DNA of 64,000 nucleotides from Clostridiales bacterium. Its GTDB lineage: Bacteria; Bacillota; Clostridia; Christensenellales; Borkfalkiaceae. The notes under the pieces were generated by a model. That model was not told the origin of the DNA, ran no database searches, and was given only the letters and a program-made list of their open reading frames with translations. The DNA is taken from NCBI GenBank assembly GCA_015055945.1, contig SVHH01000005.1, forward strand, positions 40,336 through 104,335. Direction: 5' to 3'. A program made the translations under genes and the position numbers. Shown here piece after piece: positions 46,158-55,582 of this stretch. Positions within the stretch are counted from its first letter, which is position 1; every line of letters begins with the position of its first letter.

Positions 46158-48440
46158 TTGAAACGTTCGTTTAATTCTTTAGATTATTTAACGGTCATAA
46201 AATACCTAATTGTGTTCTTTTGTTTTTTAGTTTTTTCTAAACTTGAACGTAGTCCCCAGCCTTATTCTGCGGCACTCTATATAAGCGCGCTAAGTTCTGG
46301 GCTAGCCATTATCCCAACTACGCTACTTTACTTTGCATCAACCCTAATTTTAGGTGCTACGGGGCTTTTGGGTACGCAAGCGATAATTTCTTTTGTAACT
46401 ATTATAATTACCCTTATTTATAGCAAACAACGCGCAAAAATTCGTCTTGAATTTACCGCGTGCGCACTTCTCGGTATGCTAGGTTATATATTTTTAGGCG
46501 ACACGGTTAATCAAGTACTGTTAGAAAAGAGAATTTTAGTTTCAATTTTAACGGTAATTTTAACTTTTATATGTTTAATAAGCACAAAAGCCGTGTGTGA
46601 AAAGGGGTTAAAATTTAAACTAGGTTTTGAAGAATTTGCATCACTTATCGTGATGGTTTCAATTTTCGGGATAGGTATTTGTAACTTTATTTCGCCATAC
46701 TTTTGGCGCGCTGTTGCCGTGCTTATGATACTAATCGTGTGTTATATTTATCGCACGGGTATTGCTACTATTACTTCCGCGGTGTTTGGAATAAGTTTTG
46801 CAATATATTTTAACAACCTTATTTTCGTTGCGGTGTTTTTATGCCTTGCACTTAGCGCTGAAAGCCTTATGAGCGTTTCAAGATATTTATCCGCCGTTGC
46901 TGTTATTATGTGCGACTACCTTATTCAACTTATATTCGGCGTGTACGGCGAGTACTCACTCATTCATTTAATTTCAATTCTATCGGGCGCGGCTATCTTT
47001 TGCATTATCCCAACTAAATCACTTAAAAACTTAAAAGAAACGCTATATTCTTTTAGAGAAAAACAGTTGACAAGGCAAACTATAAATAGAAGTAGGCTTA
47101 TGCTTTCGGGTAAATTATACGATTTATCAAACGTTTTCCAAGAAATGTCGGTTGCTTTTACCGCTTTTGAAAAAAAGGCGTTGACTGAAGAAAAAGCAAA
47201 AGAACTTATGCAAAAACAAGTACTAAGTAGTGTATGCGCTGAGTGTGAACACGTCCAAAAATGCAAACAAAACGAACTGTATATTAACTTTGGTTTAAGT
47301 AAAATGATTGATATAGGCTTAGCAAAAGGTAAACTTTCACTAATCGACCTACCTAAAGAACTTGGCGACACTTGTATTCGCCCAAACAATATTTTATACG
47401 CGCTAAATAAACTTCTTGCCGACTTTAGAGCACATTGTTTAGAGCACGCCAACCTAAAAAGCGGTAGAGAAATTATAGCATCGCAAGCGCAAGGCGTTTC
47501 TGAAATACTTAAAACGCTTGCGTTAGAAACTGGCTCTCAATTAAAATATCAATCACGCTTAGAGCGAACTTTGGCGGACAAATTATTTAAGGGCGGAATA
47601 TTCGTTAGCGAACTACTTATTTACGGCGAAGAAGATAGATTTTCAGTTAGTATGATAATCGCTATGAAAGAGTTTTCCGTAGAGCGTATTCAGCGAATAG
47701 TTAGTCAAACCCTGTCGCTTGATATGATAATCGTTGACAGTGCAAAGATTACCGAAGACAAATGTTTTCTTGCCCTAAAATGCGCAAGTGAATACGATGC
47801 AGTTTACGGACTATCACACGCTAAAAAGGACGGCTCGGAGATGTGTGGAGATACTCACTCGGTTACCCGAGTTGCCGGTGATAGATTGCTCGTTGCCCTA
47901 TCCGACGGTATGGGAAGCGGAAAAACCGCCGAGAGTATTTCTTCCACTTCACTGTCCCTTATCGAGAGTTTTTATAAAGCGGGGATATCTTCCCCACTAA
48001 TATTAAACACGGTCAATAAACTTTTAGCAATCAATACCGAAGACACTTTCACCGCGCTTGATATGAGCGTTATAGACCTAAAAACTTGCTCGGCTGACTT
48101 TATAAAGTACGGTGCGCCTTACGGGTTTATCATTGGAGAGAACGGCGTTAGAATTGTCGAAGGCAATACTCTGCCACTAGGTATTTTAGATGAACTCAAG
48201 CCTTCCGTTTGCTCTACAAATCTTAGCGACGGCGACGTTTTACTGTTAGTTACCGACGGAATTTCCGACGCCTTTTCATCTTCAAGTGAGATTATAGATT
48301 TCTTACGCGCCCAACCCGCAAAAAACCCGCAGACTTTAACTGATGATTTACTTACCCACGCTATAAAACTAACTAACGGTGAAAAACGCGACGATATGAC
48401 CGCCCTTGCAGTTAGAATTTTCAAACGAAAAACCGCTTAA
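46158..48440 (+). CDS. spoIIE: Stage II sporulation protein E (membrane PP2C phosphatase)
   Basis: About 10 TM segments, then a C-terminal PP2C domain (CGDTHSV...LSDGMGSG...TDGISD...DDMTALAVR). Start taken at TTG 46158, 6 nt after AGGAGA. Confidence 0.9.
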   Translation: MKRSFNSLDYLTVIKYLIVFFCFLVFSKLERSPQPYSAALYISALSSGLAIIPTTLLYFASTLILGATGLLGTQAIISFVTIIITLIYSKQRAKIRLEFTACALLGMLGYIFLGDTVNQVLLEKRILVSILTVILTFICLISTKAVCEKGLKFKLGFEEFASLIVMVSIFGIGICNFISPYFWRAVAVLMILIVCYIYRTGIATITSAVFGISFAIYFNNLIFVAVFLCLALSAESLMSVSRYLSAVAVIMCDYLIQLIFGVYGEYSLIHLISILSGAAIFCIIPTKSLKNLKETLYSFREKQLTRQTINRSRLMLSGKLYDLSNVFQEMSVAFTAFEKKALTEEKAKELMQKQVLSSVCAECEHVQKCKQNELYINFGLSKMIDIGLAKGKLSLIDLPKELGDTCIRPNNILYALNKLLADFRAHCLEHANLKSGREIIASQAQGVSEILKTLALETGSQLKYQSRLERTLADKLFKGGIFVSELLIYGEEDRFSVSMIIAMKEFSVERIQRIVSQTLSLDMIIVDSAKITEDKCFLALKCASEYDAVYGLSHAKKDGSEMCGDTHSVTRVAGDRLLVALSDGMGSGKTAESISSTSLSLIESFYKAGISSPLILNTVNKLLAINTEDTFTALDMSVIDLKTCSADFIKYGAPYGFIIGENGVRIVEGNTLPLGILDELKPSVCSTNLSDGDVLLLVTDGISDAFSSSSEIIDFLRAQPAKNPQTLTDDLLTHAIKLTNGEKRDDMTALAVRIFKRKTA

Positions 48441-48447
48441 AAAAACT

Positions 48448-48480
48448 AAAAAGACTTCTCTTTTTTAGAGAAGTCTTTTT
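48448..48480. terminator. Bidirectional terminator (spoIIE / cassette), perfect 14-bp stem
   Basis: AAAAAGACTTCTCT-TTTTT-AGAGAAGTCTTTTT. Confidence 0.85.
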
Positions 48481-48482
48481 GT

Positions 48483-48860
48483 TTAGAATATTATATAGCA
48501 CGGTTTACCACAATGAATAGAAACACCTAAAACGAATCTTAAAAGCATCATAATAAAGGTCGCGTCACAGTCGTTCCACCCTTTGTAGTTAGTATCTACT
48601 TTGTTTTTAATATCTACTATATCATTAGTTACTAGTTTTTTACAAAATAGATTATGTTCAACTATATACTGATAAATCTTATTGACTAGTTCAATAGAAA
48701 TTCTCATATTAGAATTGCCCCTTTTATACCAAATATGAGCATCGCTAATTTTAACAATTTCGCTCGTTCCCCTACCACCAATATTATCCCAGTATGGAGA
48801 TTTGTTAAATTCATCCATAAAAGTTTTTTTTGAACAAGGTTTGCCAAATATCGTTATCAT
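48483..48860 (-). CDS. Hypothetical protein, 125 aa, very AT-rich gene
   Basis: ORF starts 12 nt downstream of the LRR gene stop. No motif I recognise. GKPC occurs near both termini. Confidence 0.55.
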   Translation of the reverse strand: MITIFGKPCSKKTFMDEFNKSPYWDNIGGRGTSEIVKISDAHIWYKRGNSNMRISIELVNKIYQYIVEHNLFCKKLVTNDIVDIKNKVDTNYKGWNDCDATFIMMLLRFVLGVSIHCGKPCYIIF

Positions 48861-48872
48861 AAATTTCTCCTT

Positions 48873-50636
48873 TTATATTTTTCTTAACTCGTAAATAGAA
48901 TCTGCAATATAACTAGCAACTTTATCGCTTGATAAATCATGCCAAGCGCTGTTATAATAACCTTGCCAGCCGTCAGGGTCTTTTACGGTTATATTTTCTT
49001 CGGTTAACGCATTGCAACCAAAGAACGCATTAACACCTATACTTGTTACGCTGTCGCCTATCACAACGCTCGTTAATGAACTGCAACCAGAGAACGCAAT
49101 ATCACCTATTACTTCTACACTATCGGGTATTTCTATACTTTCTAACGAAGAGCAACCATTGAACGCTTTTTCGCCTATACTTGTTACGCTGTTGCCTATT
49201 ACTACACTCGTTAATGAGCCGCAATAAAAGAACGCCCAAGAACCTATACTTGTTACGCTGTCAGGGATTTCAATTGAGTATAATCTTGAACATCCATGAA
49301 AAGCACTATCTGCAATTATTTTTGTGTTATTATGTATAGTATAAGTACTTAAGTTTTCATTTACAGATTCAATAAGCGCAAAATAGGGGTTATCTTTTGA
49401 ACCTAAATATTTGCAATTATCATATTCGTTAAATTGTAATTTATTGCAATAAGAGAACGCTTCATAACCTATACTTGTTACGCTGTCGCCTATTACTACA
49501 CTTGTTAATGAATCGCAACTTATGAACGCAGAATCACCTATACTTGTTACACTGTCGGGGATTTCTATATAAGTGATATCAGTATACTCAAAAGCATTGT
49601 CATAAATACAGGTTACGGGTTTACCTTGATAAGTGTCTGCAATTTTCGCCTTTGTTGCGCTGCCTGTGTAACCGATAACTTCAGCATAGGTGCCGTCAGC
49701 AGATAAATCATAAGTTACGCCTTCGGTTGGGTTAAATGGGAATTCACAAGTGGGGCAAATATCTCCGCCCGTGGTGTGTGCTTCTTTTACAGGCTCAAGC
49801 ACGCAACCGCAAATTGTTTCAAACCAGTGGTGGGTTTTATCAAAACTATATTCATCATCATAAGTGTGGGGCGCAAAATCACCAAATTCCGTGTTACAAT
49901 AATAACATACTGCTTTCTTGGTGCAAGTTGCTTCATCTCCCCAATCTGCATAACAATCGTTGGTATAAATGTGCTTATTATCGCGTGAACAAGTTTGGGT
50001 ATGCGTGCCGTCGCCGTTAGAAACATACTCACCGTAATCGTGCCCCAATCTTGACCATTCGTCATAAATATTATAACTATCACCACAAGAGCAAGTGTAA
50101 ACGGTGTAACCGTCATCTTCACAAGTGGGCGCAACGGTTTCACCCGCTATATAGTCACAGACATGCTCTTCATCAACGGTCTTATCTATTCCGCAACCGT
50201 TTGCGCATACTGCGGTTTTAGTACCGTCACCGTTAGATACGAAATCACCGTAATTATGCCCTATTGCAACACCATTTTCAAAAGTTTCAGTGCCCTTTTC
50301 ACCACATTTGCACGATAAATAATATAAGGCTTTATTTACACAATCCGCCTTTGACTTCAAATAATCTTCATGGATAACTTGTCTATCGAAAACATGAGTG
50401 TGCCCGTCAGTTTTTTCGTAACCACAAATACATTTACCATTTTCAAAGGTGTGCTGGGTTGAACCTTTCTTTTCACCACATTCACACTCTAACCAGTGAA
50501 ACTCACTATCAAAAGTATAAGTCACAGGATAAGCGTGTTCATGCCCTTGCTCACCATTATTACAAGCACTAAATAGCGCAAGTAAAACACAAGTTGCCAT
50601 TAAAACTGTTAAAATTTTAACAAATCTACTTTTCAT
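48873..50636 (-). CDS. BspA-type leucine-rich-repeat lipoprotein with Cys/His-rich N-terminal modules
   Basis: Start at ATG 50636 behind AAAGGAA. Signal peptide MKSRFVKILTVLMATCVLLALFSAC (lipobox-like). C-terminal repeats IPDSVTSIGxxAFxxCxSLTSVVIGDSVTSIG. Confidence 0.85.
   Translation of the reverse strand: MKSRFVKILTVLMATCVLLALFSACNNGEQGHEHAYPVTYTFDSEFHWLECECGEKKGSTQHTFENGKCICGYEKTDGHTHVFDRQVIHEDYLKSKADCVNKALYYLSCKCGEKGTETFENGVAIGHNYGDFVSNGDGTKTAVCANGCGIDKTVDEEHVCDYIAGETVAPTCEDDGYTVYTCSCGDSYNIYDEWSRLGHDYGEYVSNGDGTHTQTCSRDNKHIYTNDCYADWGDEATCTKKAVCYYCNTEFGDFAPHTYDDEYSFDKTHHWFETICGCVLEPVKEAHTTGGDICPTCEFPFNPTEGVTYDLSADGTYAEVIGYTGSATKAKIADTYQGKPVTCIYDNAFEYTDITYIEIPDSVTSIGDSAFISCDSLTSVVIGDSVTSIGYEAFSYCNKLQFNEYDNCKYLGSKDNPYFALIESVNENLSTYTIHNNTKIIADSAFHGCSRLYSIEIPDSVTSIGSWAFFYCGSLTSVVIGNSVTSIGEKAFNGCSSLESIEIPDSVEVIGDIAFSGCSSLTSVVIGDSVTSIGVNAFFGCNALTEENITVKDPDGWQGYYNSAWHDLSSDKVASYIADSIYELRKI
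49036..49560 (-). repeat. In-frame nucleotide repeats encoding the LRR units
   Basis: CCTATACTTGTTAC(G/A)CTGT... recurs at about 49036, 49176, 49238, 49468 and 49536. Confidence 0.8.
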
Positions 50637-50665
50637 AACCATTCCTTTACAATAAAAAACATATT

Positions 50666-50737
50666 TTGACATTTAGTAGATGTCAATATTTTAATATTAT
50701 CATATTATAATTGATTTTGTCAAGCACTAAATGTCAA
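50666..50737. promoter_or_regulatory. Divergent control region with nested inverted repeats (probable XRE operator sites)
   Basis: TTGACATTTAGT (50666-50677) is the exact reverse complement of ACTAAATGTCAA (50726-50737). There is also TTGACAT-N7-ATGTCAA (50666-50686), an extra TGTCAA at 50718-50723, and TATAAT at 50706-50711. Confidence 0.6.
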
Positions 50738-50760
50738 AACTAATTGTAAAAGGGTAAGTT

Positions 50761-51015
50761 ATGTTCAAAAATAAAGCGCAAAACGGGCGCAATAATATCT
50801 GCGGTAAAAAAATAGAAATTTTACGAAAAAACTTCAAACCAAAAATGTCTCAACGAATATTAGCGGAAAAATGCCAACTGTTTGGCGTTGACGTGGATAA
50901 AAACGCTATTCAGCGAATTGAAAGTGGGCAAAGATTCATAACTGACATTGAAATTAAGTGCTTCTGTGAAATTTTTAACGTAACGGCTGATGAATTATTA
51001 AACGAAAACTATTAA
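50761..51015 (+). CDS. XRE-family helix-turn-helix transcriptional regulator
   Basis: 84 aa. MSQRILAEKCQLFGVDVDKNAIQRIESGQR is a typical Cro/C1 HTH. Confidence 0.88.
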   Translation: MFKNKAQNGRNNICGKKIEILRKNFKPKMSQRILAEKCQLFGVDVDKNAIQRIESGQRFITDIEIKCFCEIFNVTADELLNENY

Positions 51016-51048
51016 AAAAAGACTTCTCGAGAAAGAGAAGTCTTTTTT
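51015..51048. terminator. Bidirectional terminator (XRE gene / parC), 14-bp stem, near-copy of the 48448 hairpin
   Basis: AAAAAAGACTTCTC-GAGAAA-GAGAAGTCTTTTTT. Confidence 0.85.
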
Positions 51049-51054
51049 GTTTAA

Positions 51055-53475
51055 TTAAAATAATTTAATTACCTTTTCGGGGTGGCGTTTTTTGTTTTCG
51101 TTCTTTAAGGTTTTGCCTTTTGTGGTTCTACCTTCAATGCTAAGGTCTTCAGTATTAACGGTAAACGCAACGCTTAAAGTATCGAATACTGCAAAGTCGA
51201 ACGGTTCTTTAACGATATCAGCGTAAACAACCTTGCCGTCTTTACCCAATTCAACGATTTTTATACCCTTTCTATATCTTGCCATAGGTTCGATTTCAGC
51301 AGAGATAACTCTCTTATAGAAACCAGCGTCGGTTACGATAACGAATTCGCCTTCTTCGTCGATTTGTGAAACGAATACGATTTTATCGCCCTTGTTAAGA
51401 TTTACGCCCTTAACGCCGCCAGCAACTCTGCCTTGGGCTGGGATATCATCCTTTAATGCGTTTAATGCTAAGCCTTTTTCAGTTACGAAAGCAATAGTAG
51501 TATCAGGTAAATCTTGTTGAACGCCGACGAGTTCGTCGCCGTCCTTTAACTTAATTGCTTGATAATAAGGTTTAATCAAGCCGTACTCTGACCACTCGGT
51601 TTTCTTAATCAAGCCGTCCTTAGTGAAGAACAACAAACTACCTTCGGGGAGTTTATCTTCGTCAACGGCAAAGAACGCAACTGGGTATTCGTTTCTTGCT
51701 GCATCTTTGCAAACCGCGTTAAACTTACTGCCTTTATCACGGAAGCGGCACTCTGGTGCGATTTCCATATCGATTTTGCAGCAGTTACCAAGGTTAGTAA
51801 ACGCAAGCAAGGTTTGATTACTCTTTGCCCTTGCCGTAAACTTCATTAAATCTTCCGCAATAGCGTTTTCTTTAACCGATTTATCACTTGCTTTGAAGTT
51901 CTTTTCGGTCATCTTCTTGAACATCTTGCCTTCAGTCATACCTACGACGAAGTCGTCGATTTGTTTAAGTTCTTTTTCAACGCTTTCGATTTCTTGCTCT
52001 TTACCACCGATGATAAGGTTTGAACGGCGGTCGTCGCCGTATTTTTTCTTTATAGAAATAAGTTCGCTCTTAACAACTTCCATTTGCTTTGCTTTGCTGC
52101 CGATAATAACGGTGAGTTCAGCAATAAGTTTTTTGAGTGCTTCGAGTTCTTCTTGCAATTTATAAACTTCAAGTTTGGTAAGGCGCGCAAGTCTTAAATC
52201 TAAAATAGCGTTTGCTTGCACTTCCGTAAGTTTAAATCTTTCACGAAGTTTACTTCTTGCATCGGCGGTGTTTTCCGCACTCTTGATAATCTTAATTACT
52301 TCGTCGATATTTTTAACGGCAATAATCAAACCTTCTAAGATATGCGCACGCTCTTTTGCTCGTTCTAAGTCGAACTTACTGCGGCGCAAAATAACTTCTC
52401 TTTGATAGTTTACGTAATAAGAAATTATATCTAAAAGCCCAAGTTGGCAAGGCTTGCCGTTAGCAATAGCCACCATATTTATACCAAAAGTGGTTTCTAA
52501 GTCAGTGTTTTTGTAAAGGTATGCTAAAATTGCCTTTGCATCGGCATCTTTTCTAAGTTTAATAACCGCGCGCATACCGTTTCTATCCGATTCGTCAACG
52601 ACTTCCGCAATGCCGCCCAAAAGGTCTTTTTTGTCTTCTTTAAGTTCGTAAATCTTCTTTAAAAGGTTAGCCTTATTTACTTGGTACGGAAGTTCTGATA
52701 TTACTAAGTTTTGCTTTTCGCCAGTGTCCTTTTCAATGTTTACACGCGCGCGAATTTTAATCTTACCCCTACCAGTTTTATACGCTTCTTCTAATTCTTC
52801 ACCAACGATAATATAACCACCAGTCGGAAAATCAGGGGCTTTTATGTGCTTCATCATTTCTTTTAAAGAAATTTTGGGGTTATCGATATACGCAATAGTC
52901 CCGTTGATAACTTCAACAAGGTTATGCGTGGGGATATTCGTTGCTAGACCTACCGCAATACCCGTTGCGCCGTTTACCAAAAGGTTGGGGTATCTTCCGG
53001 GGAGCGTTTCAGGTTCTTCTTGAGTATCGTCAAAGTTAAGGTTGAATTCAACCGTATTCTTTTCAATATCTCTAACTAGTTCAAGCGCAAGCGCTTCTAA
53101 TCTTGCTTCCGTATACCTATAAGCCGCAGCCGAGTCGCCGTCAACAGTACCGAAGTTACCTTGTCCGTCAACGAGTGGCATGCGCATATTAAAGTCTTGT
53201 GCCATGTGAACGAGTGCACCGTAAACAGAACTATCGCCGTGGGGGTGATATTTACCCAAAACTTCACCGACGATTTTTGCACACTTTTTATGCGGTTTAT
53301 CGGGTGTTAAACCCATTTCGAACATAGCGTAGATAATTCTTCTTTGAACGGGCTTTAAGCCGTCTTCTACGCGCGGAAGCGCTCTGTCCAAAATTACGTT
53401 TTCCGCGTACGGTATCATTGAATTTTTCAAAACTTCGTCAAGCGAAGAATAAATTATACCCTTTTCGTTTTCCAT
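51055..53475 (-). CDS. parC: Type IIA topoisomerase subunit A, most likely topoisomerase IV ParC
   Basis: [20 protein letters not shown] and [10 protein letters not shown] motifs. I found no GyrA-box (QRRGGKG). Not in a dnaA-recF context. Confidence 0.7.
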   Translation of the reverse strand: MENEKGIIYSSLDEVLKNSMIPYAENVILDRALPRVEDGLKPVQRRIIYAMFEMGLTPDKPHKKCAKIVGEVLGKYHPHGDSSVYGALVHMAQDFNMRMPLVDGQGNFGTVDGDSAAAYRYTEARLEALALELVRDIEKNTVEFNLNFDDTQEEPETLPGRYPNLLVNGATGIAVGLATNIPTHNLVEVINGTIAYIDNPKISLKEMMKHIKAPDFPTGGYIIVGEELEEAYKTGRGKIKIRARVNIEKDTGEKQNLVISELPYQVNKANLLKKIYELKEDKKDLLGGIAEVVDESDRNGMRAVIKLRKDADAKAILAYLYKNTDLETTFGINMVAIANGKPCQLGLLDIISYYVNYQREVILRRSKFDLERAKERAHILEGLIIAVKNIDEVIKIIKSAENTADARSKLRERFKLTEVQANAILDLRLARLTKLEVYKLQEELEALKKLIAELTVIIGSKAKQMEVVKSELISIKKKYGDDRRSNLIIGGKEQEIESVEKELKQIDDFVVGMTEGKMFKKMTEKNFKASDKSVKENAIAEDLMKFTARAKSNQTLLAFTNLGNCCKIDMEIAPECRFRDKGSKFNAVCKDAARNEYPVAFFAVDEDKLPEGSLLFFTKDGLIKKTEWSEYGLIKPYYQAIKLKDGDELVGVQQDLPDTTIAFVTEKGLALNALKDDIPAQGRVAGGVKGVNLNKGDKIVFVSQIDEEGEFVIVTDAGFYKRVISAEIEPMARYRKGIKIVELGKDGKVVYADIVKEPFDFAVFDTLSVAFTVNTEDLSIEGRTTKGKTLKNENKKRHPEKVIKLF

Positions 53476-53487
53476 ACCGTACTCCTA

Positions 53488-55440
53488 TTATGAACGCTTC
53501 ATCTTTGCAAACTTATCTTCTTTATTAAAGTTTGCGTGTTCAAAAATATATTTCTTTCTTTCGCCTACTTCGTCGCCCATGAGCACGGTGATAAGTTTCT
53601 CTGCTTCAGCCGCGTCTTCTATGGTTACTTGCATAAGAGAACGGGTTTCGGGGTTAAGCGTGGTTTCCCAAAGTTGTGAAGGGTTCATTTCGCCAAGCCC
53701 TTTATAGCGTTGGATAAGCGCGCCCCTACCCACTTTTGCTTTCTTCTTTTCAAGTTCATTATCGTCGTAAGCGTATTCTTCAACGCTACCTTTATGCACT
53801 TTATATAAAGGTGGCATGCCGATATAAACGTGTCCTTCGTTAATGAGTTCACGCATGTATCTGAAGAAGAACGTTAAAAGTATTGCTCTAATGTGTGCGC
53901 CGTCTTGGTCGGCATCGGATAAAATTATAACTTTGTGGAATTTAAGCCCGCTCAAGTCAAATTCCGAGCCGATACCCGTACCGAGCGCGGATATTATCGT
54001 TCTAATTTCTTCATTTTGAAGAATTTGGTCGATTTTCTTTTTCTCTACGTTTAACGGCTTACCACGGAGCGGAAGTATTGCTTGATATTGTCTTACTCTC
54101 GCTTGTTTTGCGCTGCCGCCCGCTGAATCACCTTCGACTATAAATAGTTCGTTAAGTTCGGGTTTTCTACCCGAGCAAGATGCAAGTTTACCTACTAAGT
54201 TTTGCGCTTCAATACTCTTAGACGCTCTTGCAATTTCTTTAGCCTTTTTAGCGGCTAGTCTAACCTTTGCGGCATTCATAGCCTTAGCGATAATAGCATC
54301 GAATACCTTTTGCAACTTTTTATTCTTCATTAAAGCGTCAAGTTCGTTTACCGTTACGCTTTCAACCGCGGGACGTGCTTCGGGGTTACCGAGTTTTGTT
54401 TTAGTTTGACCTTCAAACTGAACGTTTTGCATCTTGATAGAAATAATCGCGGTTAAACCTTCCTTAAAGTCGTCCCCAAGGAAGTTGTCGTCTTTTTCTT
54501 TTAGTAAATTGCGTTCTCTTGCATAGTCGTTAAGCGAACGAGTAAGCCCCGAACGGAAACCCGTTTCGTGCATACCACCTTCGCCAGTTGGGATATTGTT
54601 TACGTAAGAATAAACGCTGTCTACGTAAGCATCGGTGTGCTGAATTGCAAGTTCAACCGCAATACCGTCTTTAATTGCACTTACGTATAACGGTTCGTTG
54701 TAAAGCGTTGACTTTCCTTCGTTTAAGTATTTAACGAAGTCAACGATACCACCATCAAACTTATAAGTTCTACTGTAATCAGTGTTTTCATCGTAGAATT
54801 TAATTTCTAAACCCTTGTTTAAAAATGCAAGTTCTCTTAATCTCTTTAAAATAGTTTCGGGGTTAAACACGACTGTTTCAAACACGGTTGCATCGGGTTT
54901 AAACCTAATGAAAGATCCTTTCTTTTTGGTTTTAACCTTGGTGTTTTTTAAGGGCGCTTTAGGCACGCCTGACTTAACCTTTCCCGTTGCCTTATCTAGG
55001 TAACTGTGGAATTCCATTTCATAAACGGTGTCTTTATATACTTCAACCTTAAGCCATTCAGAAAGCGCGTTGGTAACAGATGCACCTACACCGTGGAGAC
55101 CACCCGAATAACTATAATTTTCCGCGTTAAACTTACCACCCGCGTGAAGTTGAGTAAATACGACTTCTACACCAGATACACCCGCTTTTGAGTGGATATC
55201 AGTAGGTATACCACGGCCGTTATCTTCAACGGACGCACTGCCATCCTTATAAAGTTTTATTTCAATTTTATTTGCAAAACCGTTTGCCGCTTCGTCCACG
55301 GCGTTATCTACGATTTCCCAAAGAATATGGTGAAGACCTTTTACACTCGTAGTACCGATATACATACCAGGGCGCATTCTAACTGCATCAAGCCCTTCGA
55401 GTATTTTTATGTCTTCCGCTTTATAACTTGTTTTTGCCAT
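53488..55440 (-). CDS. parE: Type IIA topoisomerase subunit B, most likely topoisomerase IV ParE
   Basis: GHKL ATPase N-terminus (GLHHILWEIVDNAVDE), Toprim (EGDSAGGS) and PLRGK motifs. 12 nt upstream of the A subunit. Confidence 0.7.
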   Translation of the reverse strand: MAKTSYKAEDIKILEGLDAVRMRPGMYIGTTSVKGLHHILWEIVDNAVDEAANGFANKIEIKLYKDGSASVEDNGRGIPTDIHSKAGVSGVEVVFTQLHAGGKFNAENYSYSGGLHGVGASVTNALSEWLKVEVYKDTVYEMEFHSYLDKATGKVKSGVPKAPLKNTKVKTKKKGSFIRFKPDATVFETVVFNPETILKRLRELAFLNKGLEIKFYDENTDYSRTYKFDGGIVDFVKYLNEGKSTLYNEPLYVSAIKDGIAVELAIQHTDAYVDSVYSYVNNIPTGEGGMHETGFRSGLTRSLNDYARERNLLKEKDDNFLGDDFKEGLTAIISIKMQNVQFEGQTKTKLGNPEARPAVESVTVNELDALMKNKKLQKVFDAIIAKAMNAAKVRLAAKKAKEIARASKSIEAQNLVGKLASCSGRKPELNELFIVEGDSAGGSAKQARVRQYQAILPLRGKPLNVEKKKIDQILQNEEIRTIISALGTGIGSEFDLSGLKFHKVIILSDADQDGAHIRAILLTFFFRYMRELINEGHVYIGMPPLYKVHKGSVEEYAYDDNELEKKKAKVGRGALIQRYKGLGEMNPSQLWETTLNPETRSLMQVTIEDAAEAEKLITVLMGDEVGERKKYIFEHANFNKEDKFAKMKRS

Positions 55441-55486
55441 CTATAATCTCCTATGATTTACAGACTTTTGATATTTATACTCTATT

Positions 55487-55515
55487 AGTATACAATATAT
55501 TGTGTTTTTTTTCAA
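55487..55515 (-). promoter_or_regulatory. Candidate promoter for parE-parC
   Basis: In minus sense: TTGAAA (55515-55510), 17 nt, TATACT (55492-55487). Confidence 0.45.
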
Positions 55516-55542
55516 GTTCTAAACGCAATTTTTTGATTTTTT

Positions 55543-55577
55543 ATATAAAAAAACCCGAAAACAATTTTCGGGTTTTA
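55543..55577 (-). terminator. Rho-independent terminator after the methyltransferase gene
   Basis: AAAACCCGAAAA/TTTTCGGGTTTT hairpin, followed in minus sense by U7. Confidence 0.85.
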
Positions 55578-55582
55578 TATAT

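Noticed and set aside
49036-49560. Periodic near-identical ~25-45 nt repeats that superficially resemble a repeat array.
   Set aside because: They are in frame within a long ORF, encode the SVTSIG/LTSVVIG leucine-rich repeat units, and have irregular spacing. This is not a CRISPR array.
51055-55440. Alternative call as DNA gyrase GyrB/GyrA.
   Set aside because: I could find no GyrA-box in the A-subunit C-terminal domain. It has KPVQRRI rather than the KPVHRR typical of GyrA, and the pair is not in a dnaA-dnaN-recF context. The ParE/ParC call is still only moderately confident.
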